Made by a program: the position numbers and the translations under genes | Shown: positions 36,301 to 49,678 of the stretch, in pieces | How positions within the stretch are numbered: position 1 is the stretch's first letter | How the letters are laid out: the number at the start of each line of letters is the position of its first letter | Assembly: GCF_020745735.1 (NCBI RefSeq) | Contig: NC_083431.1 | Span: forward strand, 45,722,496-45,786,495 | Origin: Hemiscyllium ocellatum | Taxonomy: Eukaryota | Direction of reading: 5' to 3' | DNA length: 64,000 bases | Notes under the pieces: model-generated | Databases searched by the model: none | The model's input: only the letters and a program-made list of their open reading frames with translations | What the model was told of the DNA's origin: nothing

Positions 36301-39300
36301 CAGCATTGATTAAGTTGAGTATTGCAATCCTAGAAAGAGAGGTAGTCCGAGTGGGATCAGCACAGAATACATTTGGCAAGACTCAGGATCAAAAGAAGGT
36401 GCAATTATGTTGCTTGATGTAGATCTTAGACTACCTGCAAACGATGCAAAGGAAGACATTTGCAAGGGGATTACAAGTGAAAGAGCCATTGAGTAATATA
36501 ATGGGTGACTATAGTCATTCAAATATAGTGTAAAGGGCAAAGATGGAGTGTTTGGAGGAATTTTCTACAGTTATACATTTCCACACCAAAGGGAAAGTAG
36601 ACATTGCCTTGGGATCTAGACTTATGAATGTGGAGGTGCAGGTATTGGACTGGGGTGTACAAAGTCACCTGATGAAGGAGTAGTGCTCCAAAAGCTTGTG
36701 ATTTCAAATAAACCTGTTGGACTATAATGTGGTGTCATGAGACTTTAGACTTCTGAAGGCACAGATGTCAATAGTGGAATGCAGGAAATGAGGAGATGTA
36801 TCTCAGGCCAGGGTTGGAGGAACACATTCCCCCCAAGGGATTCTGCTGGAGGAGTTTCCAGACACAGGGATAGGCAAGGCTATGGAGGGATGAAAACATG
36901 ACGAAGAATTTTGACGTTGAGGCATTGGAGGTCTGAGGTAAAGTAGGTCCGTAGCATATAGATGAAAGGACTTGGTATGCATTTGGATATTAGGAGGTGG
37001 GAGTAGAACTTGAATAAGCTAGAATGATAGTTGGTGGAACAGGGGAAGCTGACAATGTTTCTGTGGAAGAATTTGCTTTGTTGACTGGTTCAATGAAAGG
37101 AAGACCCTTATTGCCCCATTAAGGGGAAAAAGAATCATAGATTTATTACAGTGTGAAAGAAAGCCATTCAGCCTACCATGTCTTCACTGGTTCTCTGAGT
37201 GAGCATCATGACTCAGATCCATTCTCCCACCATTTTCCTGTAAAGCTGAATATTGCTTCTATTTAAAGAATCATCTGAAGCCCTCTTGGACATTAACCTT
37301 GGTTAACCTTAGTCCAATGATACTACCATCAAGTCATCATTCCTCAATTGTCTCAAACCCGATGGCTAGGTTTACATAGATCAGAAATGAAAATTCAACA
37401 TGCTGCCAAATTTCTCCTTTCAATTTGTAAGAGATTCAAAGTATTATTATTTGGATCATTTCTCTGAAAAATATTATAATTCATTGTCTTTTATTCAGGA
37501 CTTCCTTTTGATCCACATTTCATTGTAATGTGTGCAGTCTCCAATATTATCTGTTCAATTGTTTTTGGGGAACGGTTTGAATACCAAGATAAAAGTTTCC
37601 TTGGATTTCTAGAAATAACTGAAGAAAGTTTTGAATTGGAAACTGGTGTTTGGGCTGAGGTAAGGCCATTAACAAGGTAATTAATAAGTAAACGACTGAG
37701 TATTGGAGAGTTCTAAATATCTGTGTCAGTCTCAAATGATATAAGACAATGTTGAGCTACATTCTTCAAATGTAGGCCTTACAACAGATTATAACCCTTT
37801 ACAATCCATTCTTTAACTTACCGATTAGTTCTGGTGGTCTGTTAAACAGGATCTCTTGTCCTCTCTTCCCACTGTTCTTGGTCCAGGATAGACCGTAAAG
37901 ACTGGACCTTTTCCTTCCCTTTCCACATTCTTTCAAACTAAGTTGATCTGTCCCTTTCGCTGACACCAATCAGGCAATAAACTGTGTGGGAATCCCAATC
38001 TTAGAATTTTGAAGATTTAGAATTGGATTTTATTGTCACGTGTACTCAAGTACAGGAGTACTGAAACGTATACAAAGTCGCTATCCTATGCTGCCACCTT
38101 AAAATACAAAATCAGAATTTAAAAAAGAAACAGGGCCAAAAGACAAAGAAAAACATCTACATCTTTAAGTCCTTATCCAAAAGACAAGGAAAAAGTCCAG
38201 ATTTCAAAGTCTTCTTGAGGCTAGGCCCAGTATGAGAAGACTTTGGCTGGGGGACGTTTTTAATACCAAGATAAAAGTTTCCTTAGAAGGTGATAGGTCA
38301 GAGGGGAGGGTGGAGCGGATAGATGGGGAGGGAGATTGGCAGGTAGGACAGGTCATGAGGACAGTGCTGAGCTGGAAGGTTGGAACTGGGGTAAGGTGGG
38401 GGGAGGGGAAATGAGGAAACTGATGAAGTCCACATTGATGCCCTGGGGTTTAAGTGTTCCGAGGCAGCTGGGGCCTGCTCCACCATTCAATAAGATGATC
38501 TGATGTTGGCGTCAGATTCACATTCCTGTCTACCCCGCTAACAATTAGAGAGATAGATAGCAACCTTTGGTGATTGGTGGAGCATGCAGCAGGAGGTGGT
38601 GGTGGTGGGGGGGGAGGTCACTGACACTCTCCTCTGACCTATCACCTTCTTCCCCACCCCCATTCACCTATTGTACTCTTTGCTATCTTCTCCCCAGCAC
38701 CAACCACCACCCCCCCCACCCCCCATTTATCTCTCCACCCTGGAGGCTTCCTGCCTCTATTCCTGATGAAGGGCTTTTGCCCGAAACATCGATTTTTCTG
38801 CTCCTCAGATGCTGCCTGACCTGCTGTGCTTTTCTAGCATCACTCTGATCTAAACTCAAGGGGCCAAACAGCCTACCTCTGACCCCAAGTTGTATATTTG
38901 TGTTGAATCATATATAGCTAATACAGTCACTCTATCCGCCTCATGGCCCCTCCCTCATTTATCCAACACACCCACCACTTGCCCACCTGCACTCCTGAAA
39001 GGCGTCCCTCTCCAGGATGCAATGATCCACATCCTTGTGGTGGTGCACATTGGGGATGGTTGAATGCGTTGTCCGTTCAGAATCTTATTCAAGTCAGTCC
39101 TCACTTTTCTAAACTCCGGTGGAAACAAACCCAGCCCATCCAACCCTTCCTCATTAGATAGCCCACTCAGTCTAAGTATCAATATTGTAAACTGCTTCTG
39201 AATCACCTTCAATGCATTTACACCTTTAATTAAATAAGAAGACTAAAACTGCACACAGAATTTAAGATGTAGTCTCACCAATGCTCTGTATAACTGAGAC

Positions 39301-42300
39301 ATAACATATTTACTCTCCTGTTTAGTTTTCTGATAATGAAGGATAGCACCTCATTATCCTTCATGAATTATTCAACTGTTTTTGTGACTCATGCACCAGA
39401 AGAGCTAAGTCTCGACACACTTTAGAATTTTACAGTTGTTTTTCACTTTCTGCTTTTTATTCTTCCTGCCAAAGTGAAAAACTTCATGTTTTCCCACATT
39501 ATACTCCATTTGCCTGATATTTGCCCACTCATTCAATCTATCTTTCTTCATCAGTGACATCTTTGTATCTTCAAAGCTTATCTTCCTACCTATTTTTCAT
39601 TAGCTACCATTAACTCAATGAAGTGACCACAAGTGTCCTCATTAAAGACAGATTTACCTGAGTGAAAATTGGTTATGTTTATGGCCTGCACGACCACAAA
39701 CAGAATGGTGTCAGCAAACACACAGTTGAACACTGAGACTGACATTACCTCTCTAGTTGTCCTTCTTCTCTGGAAATTCCAGATGTAAGTTTCATTCAAT
39801 GGCAAATTTAAGGAGCATACAACAAGCTTCAGCTTTCCTCACATCTGATGCGGGACTTTACTATTCCTGTGCTGTGTTAGATGATGATCTGATCATTGCT
39901 TGCAATTCATTGTATTTGTGCTCAGTAGGGGGCGGTGTAAACTGCTGTCCCAGGGTTGTCATGAACTGATGCTCCAGAGGGCAGACTTGGGCCTGAAAAG
40001 GTAACCTCACCATCTTCCCACTGGGTCAAGTAAAGTGGGAGAGTGGATTAATTTCAAACAAAGGCGCAAGGCTGTGACTTGGGTAAAGAGAAGTCAGCAG
40101 TATAACCCTATCCTGATTAACTAGGGTCAAGCTGCACTATAGGGTAATTGGACATTGAATACACTACTATCTGTAACAGAAGTTGACAGAGTCACAAAAG
40201 AAACCATTATTACTGTTCTCAACCTGAAGAAATCTCAACAAACTGCAAGATACGTTTTTGAAAATGCTTCTAGTTTTCTTTGTGATAAAATAGTCAAGTG
40301 ATTAACTTAGAGATAGAGATATTCTGTCGAAAAGACCCTTCTTTCTTAATGTTGCCAATTTTTCTTGGGGTGAAATAGTGGAATAGTCCATGCAGATACA
40401 GAAGGTATCAGTCTCCTGTTCGATACACCAATGGCTTTAGCATATGGTAAAATGTCACCATTATCTCCATAAATATATTGGGGACTATTTCCAACAAAAT
40501 CAGATGGAATTCATTTTGCGAAAGAATATATGTTTCATTTCGAACTCTGTTTTGCTTTGCAGTTGTTGAATACGTTCCCCTTTATTCGTCACTTCCCGGG
40601 TCCACACAATAAGATATTTGAAAATCAATATAAAGCTGTTGAGTTTGTTCGGGAGAAAGTTATGGAACATAAAAAGCAATGGGATCCAAATGAGCCCAGG
40701 GACTTCATCGATGCTTTCTTAACAGAGCAGGAGAAGGTAGGAGATGGAAACTGGGCCTATTCCAGATGGTGTCATGGGGACGGTCTACTTTTACATTCTG
40801 TGGAGCTATTTAATACTTTTTTAGCAGGGAAAGAGAAGGTAACTGTGCCATATTAAGTCTTCGCATTTGATTTTTGGCCTCCTTTTCCCTCTGTTGAAGA
40901 TATTTTCTGCTCTTCTCCGATAGTCTTTTGATAATCAACAGTTATTCACTCTCCAAGAAGCCATTTTGTCTCTGTCAGATAAAACATTAGTTCCAGTTCA
41001 GCTGTCTCTTGCTTAATTGGTTTCATGAAGCTTGGCCTTGCTTGTGTTTAATATGGTGCATCTAATCATTTTATGTCCATGCTTTTGACACTTTGAATAC
41101 CATTTCAGTGCATAATAAATTGGATGATGAGTTTGAAAATCAATAGTCATATGTAATATCCTAACTCTTACTAATTATGTAGACCCGACTGTTTAGGGGG
41201 GCATTTTATAGAACTCCTACAGTGTGGAAGCAGGCCATTCGGCCCATCGAGTCCATGCCGACCTTCTGAAGAGCAACCCACCCAGATACCCTGCACTTCC
41301 CATGGCTAATCCACTGAGCCTGCACATCTCTGGAACTATGGGCAATTTAGCATGGTCAATCTATCTAATCTGCACATATTTGGACTTTAGGGCTAAGATC
41401 TAAATGTTTTGTAAATGACTATACAACAAAGTTGCCTGGCTGTAAACTTTCAAAAAGAAATTGAATAAGTAAAATTTATAGGGCCACTTGGAGAGACCAG
41501 GTGAATGGGACTCATTGATCTGTAATTCTAATACCTTGGGTTTATATGCTAGCTTCTATGTGTGCAACAGGATTTATTCATTGTGCTTTATGGTGTCTAC
41601 TCCATGCTTCCAGCTTCAGCATCCAGATCTTTCAAGAGCTTTGTTTAGTTCTGTATGAGTTGACACACAAGGTTAACTAACCAAGTGAGTATCAGTCATA
41701 ATCAAATTCACAAAATTTAAACATGGAACATTTGTAAATTGATTTGATGGAGGTATTCAAAGACCATGAAGGGACTGGATAGATTGAGAATGGAAACACT
41801 GTTTCCCATGGCTTCAGGGTCAATTACCAAAGGGAGTGGAATTAGCTGGATCATTCTGACAAGGAATTAGCACAGACAGGGTGGTCTGACAGGGCTCATA
41901 TGGTATTCTCTTATTCCTATGGTTCCAGTCCTTAATTACTGATCCTTTTTGTAACTTGATTTCAGATGAAACACGTCCCACAATCAAGTTTCCAGGAAGC
42001 CAATTTGTTGGGGACTGTTTTAGATCTCTTTGCAGCTGGGACTGAGACCACGTCCACCACTCTGCTCTGGGGTCTGCTTTTTATGATGCAACATCCAGAC
42101 ATGCAGTGTAAGTACAGATGGACCTTATATACCTGACAGGACCATGGTTACCATTCTGGACTGTGGGAGTGAGCAGAACAGAGATTCCAATGGGAACTGA
42201 GGGGGAAGCGTGAGGGAGGAGAGGACCAGTAATAAATGATGCAGAAGGAGAAGAGTTTTAGTGGATTTGGATGTATTTGTTCCACAGCATTGTAGAATCA

Positions 42301-45300
42301 TCGAAACCAATAGCCAGGAGAAACCATTCAGCCTGTGGTGACTGTGCTAGATTCTTTAAAGCGGAGCAGAAAGTACATTTTATTGGTAACTGCGTAATTT
42401 TTTCTTACTGAAGTACCCCTCTCAGTCCATTTTGGAATTATTTATGGAATCAGCTTCCATAAATAATCTTGGGCAAAGTGATTTTTTTCACTTGGATGTT
42501 GGAATTGCTGGCTGAGCCTGCGAGTGTTCTAGATCACAATCATTCAGAGTGGAAATCAAAATTCACTTCCATTTCCCATTCAGCCTTTAACGTTTCTATT
42601 TTGGCCTCCAGGTTTTGAGCAAATACATGAGGTGTAATGTCCAGTGCTTTACCTCTCCTCTCCTCATTATCTGAGGTGCCAAGCACCCCTTCCAGGGTGA
42701 AGCAGAGACTTGCAAGTACTTCACTTGATCTAGTCTATTCTATTTGCTGCTCACAATGTGGTCTCCTTTAACCTGACATTGTTTGAGGGTCCACATTGTA
42801 GAACTGCTCTATTCACTATGAAAGCACGATCCTGTGTTGTGGTGACATGTCATTTTAATTCTCCATTTTGCTCTCAGACTAACTATCAACATCCTCGTGG
42901 TTATCATTGACCAGAAACTGATCTGGACCCAAGACAAAGCCGCCCATTTGATGGTCATACCTTTTACCACTTTAAACATTTGTTCCCTCTACAGCCAAGG
43001 CCTAAAACAGCAGACACATTGCAGCAACTTGACAAGGCTGCTTTTTCAGCACAGTTTAAACCTTTGACCTCCACCATTGAGAATCTACATACAGTGTGGA
43101 AGCAGGCCATTTGGCCCATCGAGTCTACACCATCTCTCCCAAACAGCATCCCACCCAGATCAACACCCTGTCCCTGTAACCTTGCATTTTCCATGGCTGA
43201 CCCGCCTAGACTACAAATCACTGACTGTGGAGGAAACCGGAACACAGTCGCCCGAGGATGGAATTGAACATGCATCCCCGTGAAGGACCATTCCTTCACT
43301 GTCACTGGAACCGCCTCCCAAACAGCACTGTGGCTGTATGTACCACCCTGAGTTAAAGGGAGCCAGGAGCTGGGCACCTGTAAGGTCTCATGCTGTGAAT
43401 AAATAAATTCCAATGGAAGCTGACTTGGATTTCTTGCTTCATGAACTGGCTATCAGGAGTAGAATCTGATCATACCTGATGACGGGCTTGTGCCTGAAAC
43501 GCCGATTCTCCTGCTCCTCGGATGCTGCCTGGGCTGCTGTGCTATTCCAGCACCAGATTCTCGAATCTGATCTCCAGCATCTGCAGTCCTCACTTTCTCC
43601 TCTAGAAACCATTCTGCCCTCTTTAAATATGAGATCATCCAAAACTCTTCTACCCTTTCCTGACTTGCACTAAATTCCAGTTACCCATTACCTATGTGCT
43701 GGCTGATTGGCATGGCTGCAGATTATGCAGTGCCTCAGATTTTAAATGTTTATCCTTGTTTTTAAAATCCCTCCATGATATTGTCCATCCTTGTAATCTC
43801 CACAAGCTACACAAGCTTCTGAGATCTCTGGGATCTTTGTTTTCTAGCTGTACTACCCTTTGGAGTTCAGAGTCAGAGGTGATTTAAATTGAAAGAAATA
43901 AGAAATAAATTGATGATACAATTGGCCAAAAATGTTTAAGATGAGAGATGTTCAAACGTCAGGTTTCCATTCACTAAAACAGATGATATATGTGTCTTGT
44001 GACCTTGTTGTACACACCAGAACTGTGTGCTTTCTTCATCTTGACTGTGTTCACATCATGAAGTACTTTCTTGGCATTAAAGCTCCTTGTACATTTGATG
44101 TTGTAAATGCTGATAAATAAATCCTTTTTTTTATTTCAATGGAGCTGCAAAACTTGTTCTGTTTCTGTAGCTAAAGTCCAGGAGGAGATTGACAGAGTAA
44201 TTGGCAAGGAGAGAATGCCAAGAGTGGAAGACCGTGAGGAAATGCCGTACACGAATGCTGTTATCCATGAAACCCAACGGGCGGGAAATATTGCACCCAT
44301 TTCAGTTCCTCATCAAACATACAGAGATACAGAGGTCATGGGCTACAATATCCCTAAGGTATGGACGGCATACTCTTGGATATGCAGGTCTCATGGAATA
44401 TGTTTTAGATTGCTCTCAGAAATCTTGGCAAACTGTTATCATATGTCTTGTAGATGGTATCTTACTGGATCCCCTATGTATTGACAATAGACTCTAGCGT
44501 GGTTAATCAGGTAAATAATTTAAGCTGGCTGCTTTGTCCTGGATGGCGTCAAGCTTCTGAACTGTTGTTGGAGCTGCAAGTGGGGTGTCCTCCACCACAC
44601 TCCTCAATTGTGTCTTGTAGATGGTGGGCAGACTTTGGGCAGTCAGGCATTGAGGTAGTCATGAGATATGAGAGGATAGATATAGATAATGGTAACCACT
44701 GGGGTGTGGTTAGTGAGGGTCTAAAGTGGTGATAATGGCACCATGCCAAGAGAGGATGGTAAGACTTTCTTGTGCTGGTGATATTCATTATCTTGCACTT
44801 GCGTGGTGGGATTGTTACTTGTCACTGAGCAGACCAAGCCTACATGTCATCCAAGTCTTTCTGCTGTATATCTAAGGGGTCATAATGGCAACTGAACAGA
44901 GCGAACATCCCTAACTCCAACTTAACCCTATCAATGATGAAAGGATAACTAGTCAGTTATAACTGTGGGCAGTTCCTGACATGGTCACTGTGCTTTCAAA
45001 AGGGTGTGTAGATCTTGGAGGGAGTGTAGCATAGAATGGCCAGAGTGGTACCTGGTGTTGATATAGTACTTCTGTGTCTGTTGAGCAGGAAGGATATTTC
45101 TGAATATTCAGAAACCTATTATTGGTGTTGATCCTAGAGCATTTCTGTCTATGACAACAGAGACAAATGTCTGTGACTCGGAATAATTTCCTTAACCTGG
45201 ACAGGTCGCTATCTCCCTTTCATCCCCCCACTCAGCTGGCCTCCTCCTTATTGCCCTGATGGCTGATTACAACTATATTCTTGACTCACATGTCTCTATT

Positions 45301-46456
45301 TTAATGATGTAGGGAACAACAATCATCCCGAATCTGTCCTCCGCCTTGTTTGATGAGAATGTTTGGTCGACTCCACACCAGTTTAATCCGGGTCACTTCC
45401 TCAACTCAGAGGGGGGCTTTGTGAAACCAGAAGCCTTCATCCCATTCTCTGCAGGTAACGTACAATTTGAGGAAGCATTAACCGTACTGAAATACACAGC
45501 TGCAGGTTTCTAATGATGACCAGCTTAATGTTAGGTTCAGGGTCTTATTTTCCTCCTTGATCTCACAAAATCTCACTAATCACAATCTAGATTAAAATTG
45601 ACCTTCAAAGCACTTTATAGTCAACAGTTTTGAAATAATTAATTTTATATTGATTGAGTAAAGTAAAATGAAAGGGTATTAAGGGAGGTGGTAATGTCAT
45701 AGTATTGATATTGGACCAATAATTGAGAGGTCCATGCTAACACTCTGGGGATATGGCACCAACTTCCATCACTACACCTGGTGGAATTTGATTTCAATGC
45801 ACAAAATATGGAATCAAAAGCTAATATCATGACCACGAAAATTGTTGTAAAAAGGAACATTCTTTAGGGAGGGAAATTTACCTATCTTACCTGGTCAGTC
45901 TGACATTCAAATCCTACAGCAAATTGCTGAATGCCGAACAGCTGTCTGAGATTGCATTGTAAGGCACTCGGTTTTTTTGGACCATTCTAGAAGGGTTGTC
46001 TTGTGGACTGCAGCAGTTTTGGCTCTGCAACACCTTCACAAAGACAATCAGACATGGCAACAAATGTTGGCATTGCCAGCAGCTTCTACATACAGTGGAA
46101 GCATAAAATAAACTTGAGTTTGAAAAATTTTGGAACTGATTCATTGAGTGTAAGATGGGGTGGGATGCTATCAGTGGGACATTGGGTATTTAAGACAGTG
46201 ACCATTCGTTGTTTAATCAGTGTGACCCCACAGTGACCTTCCGACTTGACCGTTCTTTGCACCTCTCTCTGCAGGTCGCCGTGTGTGCATGGGGGAACAG
46301 CTGGCAAAGACTGAACTCTTCCTATTCTTCACCTCCATGCTCCAACAGTTCACATTCCATCTCCCAGAAAATGAGCCAAGACCAAGCTATGCAGAATCCA
46401 AATTTGGAATCTCTCGCGTTCCAGGTCCTTATCAACTGTGCATTAAACTCAGATAA
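30055..46456 (+). CDS. CYP2D: Complete cytochrome P450 family 2 (CYP2D-like) gene B: join(30055..30261,34067..34235,35400..35552,37499..37659,40563..40736,41966..42107,44171..44358,45313..45454,46275..46456), 505 aa
   Basis: Nine GT-AG exons of 207/169/153/161/174/142/188/142/182 nt (1518 nt) with the CYP2 phase pattern and no stops or frameshifts. Motifs: PPGP, WxxxR, AGTETT (I helix), ETQR (ExxR), FNPGHF (PERF-equivalent), [10 protein letters not shown] (heme Cys at 46286-46288). Confidence 0.95.
31245..32585. mobile_element. Fold-back PLE in gene B intron 1 (unit 2)
   Basis: Paralog of 25931-27288 with the same TSD. Confidence 0.88.
33682..33878. mobile_element. Palindromic PLE-derived element, family 2
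   Basis: Homologous to 6913-7106; inverted arms. Confidence 0.75.
34067..34235 (+). CDS. CYP2D: Gene B exon 2
   Basis: [56 protein letters not shown](G); AG/GT boundaries. Confidence 0.94.
35400..35552 (+). CDS. CYP2D: Gene B exon 3
   Basis: (G)[50 protein letters not shown](G); CAG acceptor, GTGAG donor. Confidence 0.94.
36632..36750 (+). mobile_element. Short family-2 PLE-derived element
   Basis: GGAGGTGCAGGTATTGGACTGGGGTGTACAAAG followed by a single arm. Confidence 0.65.
37499..37659 (+). CDS. CYP2D: Gene B exon 4
   Basis: (G)[53 protein letters not shown]; 161 nt, typical CYP2 exon 4. Confidence 0.94.
38288..38850. mobile_element. PLE fragments (minus arm about 38288-38465, plus arm about 38620-38850)
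   Basis: Match to the arms of the other family-1 PLEs. Confidence 0.75.
40563..40736 (+). CDS. CYP2D: Gene B exon 5
   Basis: [58 protein letters not shown]; PRDFID motif. Confidence 0.94.
41210..41390 (-). mobile_element. Partial HE1-like SINE
   Basis: ACAGTGTGGAAGCAGGCCATTCGGCCC tail and GGGCAATTTAGCATGG body. Confidence 0.7.
41966..42107 (+). CDS. CYP2D: Gene B exon 6
   Basis: [47 protein letters not shown]; I helix; GTAAGT donor. Confidence 0.95.
43088..43270 (-). mobile_element. Internally deleted HE1-like SINE
   Basis: Tail and B-box remnants. Confidence 0.65.
43475..43602 (+). mobile_element. PLE terminal fragment
   Basis: Ends ...CAGCATCTGCAGTCCTCACTTTCTCCTC. Confidence 0.75.
44171..44358 (+). 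CDS. CYP2D: Gene B exon 7
   Basis: (S)[62 protein letters not shown]; 188 nt; ExxR motif. Confidence 0.95.
45313..45454 (+). CDS. CYP2D: Gene B exon 8
   Basis: [47 protein letters not shown](G); 142 nt. Confidence 0.95.
46275..46456 (+). CDS. CYP2D: Gene B exon 9 (coding part)
   Basis: (G)[62 protein letters not shown] stop. Confidence 0.95.
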
Positions 46457-46776
46457 GATGTGTGGGGTGGGGGAGCTTCAGGAGCAGTGAGGAGTCACGC
46501 ATCTTCTTTAATTTCAAACTGATCCCTTCACTGATTGATTTTCTATTCTCTTCTGTGTGAAATTCGAACAGATTTATCTAGTTACGAAGTGCAGCTTAAA
46601 GAGCTCCACTGTCACTAACTCCACTCCAGACTGTTAGTTGCAATTTAATTCTGTTTTGTTTTGTTTTATGTAGGTGTTATGCATTGACTTGCCATTCATT
46701 TTAACCCCTACAGACGCTGGTTGATACTGTGGCTGTTGTGGTTAAGGGGTATGTACTTGTAATGTGTAACTCTGTA

Positions 46777-46782
46777 AATAAA
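46777..46782 (+). terminator. Candidate polyadenylation signal of gene B
   Basis: AATAAA about 320 nt after the stop codon, just before a CR1 insertion. Confidence 0.55.
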
Positions 46783-46834
46783 TAAGTCTGCAAAGATTAG
46801 TCCCAGTTCATTCATACATAAATTAGTTCCCAAG

Positions 46835-48890
46835 CATAGATCATAGTGCAAAGAACAATACATCACAGGAACAGGCCCTTCAGCCCTCTAAGCCTGCGCT
46901 GACACATTTTGCTCTTCGATACTAAAACTGTTTACACTTACTGGATCCGTATCCCTCTATTCCCTTCCTATTCATGTATTAGTCCAGGTGTTTACTGAAT
47001 GCTGCTATTGTTCTGCTTCCACCACTTCCTCTGGCACTGCATCCAGGCACTCATCCCTTTGTGTGAAAAACATGCCTCGCACATCTCTTTTAAACTACCC
47101 CCCCCCTCCCCACCCTGCACCTCATACTTCCCAGTTTATTCATGCCATTCACAACCTTTTAAGTTTCTTTCAGATTGCACATCAATCTTCTATGTTCCAG
47201 TGAAAACAACCCCAGTCTATTCAACCTTTTTTCATAGCTAAAATTCCCCCATACCAGACAAATTCCAAGTAAATCTTTTCTGTACCCTCTCCAAAGCATC
47301 CACATCTTTCTGGTAGTGGGGTGACCAGTATTGTTCAAGTGTGGCCTAACTAATGATCTATAAAACTGCAACATAACTTGCCTTTTCTTCTATTCAATGC
47401 CCCTTCTAATGAAGACAAGCATGACATAGGCCTTTTTTACTATCTTGTCTACCTGCACTGCCATCTTCTGTGAGCTGTGGACCTGCACACCCAGATCCCT
47501 CTGCATATCAATACTTCTAAGTGTTCTTCCATTCACTGTATAATTCCCACCCGTACTTGACCTCCAAAATTCATCACTCACATTTGCCTGGATTCAACTT
47601 CATCTGCCATTTTTCTGCCCATTTCCTCTAACTGATCTATATCCTGTTGTATCCTCAGATATTCCTCCACACTATTTGCAATGCTACCAATCTTTGTATT
47701 GTCTGCAAAGTTACTAATTAGACCAGCTATGTTTTCCTTCATATGCCTGATCCCTATGGAACACCATTAGTCATAACCCTCCATTCTGAAAAGTATCCTT
47801 ATACTGCCATCCTCTGTGTCCTATGACTAAGCCAGTTTTGTATCCATCTTGCCAGGTCACCCTGATACCTTTCGTACTAGTGTGCCAAGAAGGACCTTGT
47901 CAAAGGCTCTGCTGAAGTCCATGTAGATAACATCATCTCCTCAAAAAACACGATCAAGTTAGTAAGGCATAATCCCCGCTGCACAAAACTATACTATCGC
48001 TAATATATCTTGTCCCATGAGAATCTTTTCCAATAATTTCCCTACTACCAACACAAGCTTCACAGACCTGGAATTTCCTTGGTTATCCCTGTTACCCTTC
48101 TTAAACAACAGGACAACATTGGCTAATCTCCAGTCCTCTGTGACTTCACACGTGGCCAAACAGGAAACAAAGATATCTGTCAATGCTCCAGCAATTTGTT
48201 CTCTTGCCTCCCACAATATTCTGGGATAGTTCCCAACAGAACCAAGGGCCCTATCTACCTTAATACCTTTTAAGACATACAACACCTCTTCCTTTTTAAT
48301 AGCAACTTGGCTTAGAAATTCAACACACCCTTCCCTGAGGTTATTCTCCACCAATTCATTCTCACTGATGAATACCGACACAAAGTATGTGTTTAGGACC
48401 TCACTCACTTCTTCTGGTTCCACACATAGATTCCCTCCTTTGTCCTTGAGTAGGCTAACCCTTTCCCTGGCTACCCTCTTGCTTTTTATATATGTATGAA
48501 AAGCCTTAAGATGCTCTTTAATTCTGTTTGCTAATTGTCTTTCCTGACCCCCTCTTAGCCCTTTTAACTCCTTGTTTAAGCATTTTTTCCTACTCTTCTC
48601 ATATACTTCAAAGGCTTCATCAGTTCCCATCCTCCTAGACCTTACATATGCTTCCTTTATCTTTATGACTAGAGTCATAATATCCCTAGTCATTCAAGGT
48701 TCACATAACTTGTCATAACTATTCTTCATTCTCACAGGAACATGCCGCTCCTGAATTCTTATCAACTGCCATTTGACGTACTCACACGCCTGATGTGGAT
48801 TTCACCTCAAACAGCCAACTCAAATCAAAATTCTCCAGTTCCTGCTTAATATTGTTGTAGTTTGCCTTCCTCCAATTTAACACCTTCACC
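46835..48890 (-). mobile_element. CR1-type LINE, about 2-kb decayed ORF2 and 3' end
   Basis: 234-aa frame with EVLNTYFVSVF..YPRILWEAREQIAGALTDIF..EDWRLANVVLLFKKGNRD; downstream frameshifted RT pieces (RDLGVQVH, RSLVRPHL). Confidence 0.92.
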
Positions 48891-48919
48891 CAAATAGCAG
48901 GGATGGTTGTTTAAAAGTG

Positions 48920-49678
48920 GAAGATGGATAAATGCAAGGTATTGCATTTTGGTACAGCATACAGGGGCAGGACTTATACAAGTAATGGTAGGCCTTAGGT
49001 AGTGTTGTAGGACAGAGGGATCCAGGATTTCAGGTACATGATTCTTTGATATTTGTGTCACATATAGAAGGGAGGTTAAAAACGCATTTTGCTGCTTGCC
49101 TTCATTGCTCAGACCTTTGAGTGTAGGGGCTGGACGTTATGTTGAAGTTGTACATGACATTGGTGAGGCCCCTCTGTGTCTAGTTCTGGTTTCCCTGTTA
49201 TTGGAAGAATATTATTAAGTTAGAGAGGGTTCAGGAAAGGTTTACCAGGATGTTGCTGGTTATGAAAGGTCTGGGTTATAAAGAAAGACTTGATAGGCTT
49301 GCACTTTTTCATAAGGTGACCTTATAGAGGTTTATAAAATCATGAAAGTTAGGGTTAATGGTAGATGTTATTTGCCTAGGATGGGGGATTTCAAGACCAG
49401 GAGAATTTTTTTAAGGTGAGAGGAGAGATATTTACAAAAGACATGAGGGGCTAATGCTTTACACAAAAAGTGGTTCATGTATGGAATGAACTTTCTGAAG
49501 AACTGGTGGGCTATGGGCACAGTTACAACATTTAAAAGACACTTAGATAATAATATTAATAGGAAAGGTTTGGAGGGATATGGGACAGGATCAGGCAGGT
49601 GGATCTAGTTTAATTTGGCATTATGGTCAGCATGGACTGGTTGGACCGAAGGGTCTGTTTCCATGCTGTATGACTCTG
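48920..49678 (+). mobile_element. CR1-type LINE 3' fragment
   Basis: Decayed ORF2 end and a ...CCATGCTGTATGACTCT tail. Confidence 0.8.

Noticed and set aside
47989-48693. 234-aa host gene
   Set aside because: A CR1 ORF2 fragment surrounded by frameshifted remnants of the same LINE.
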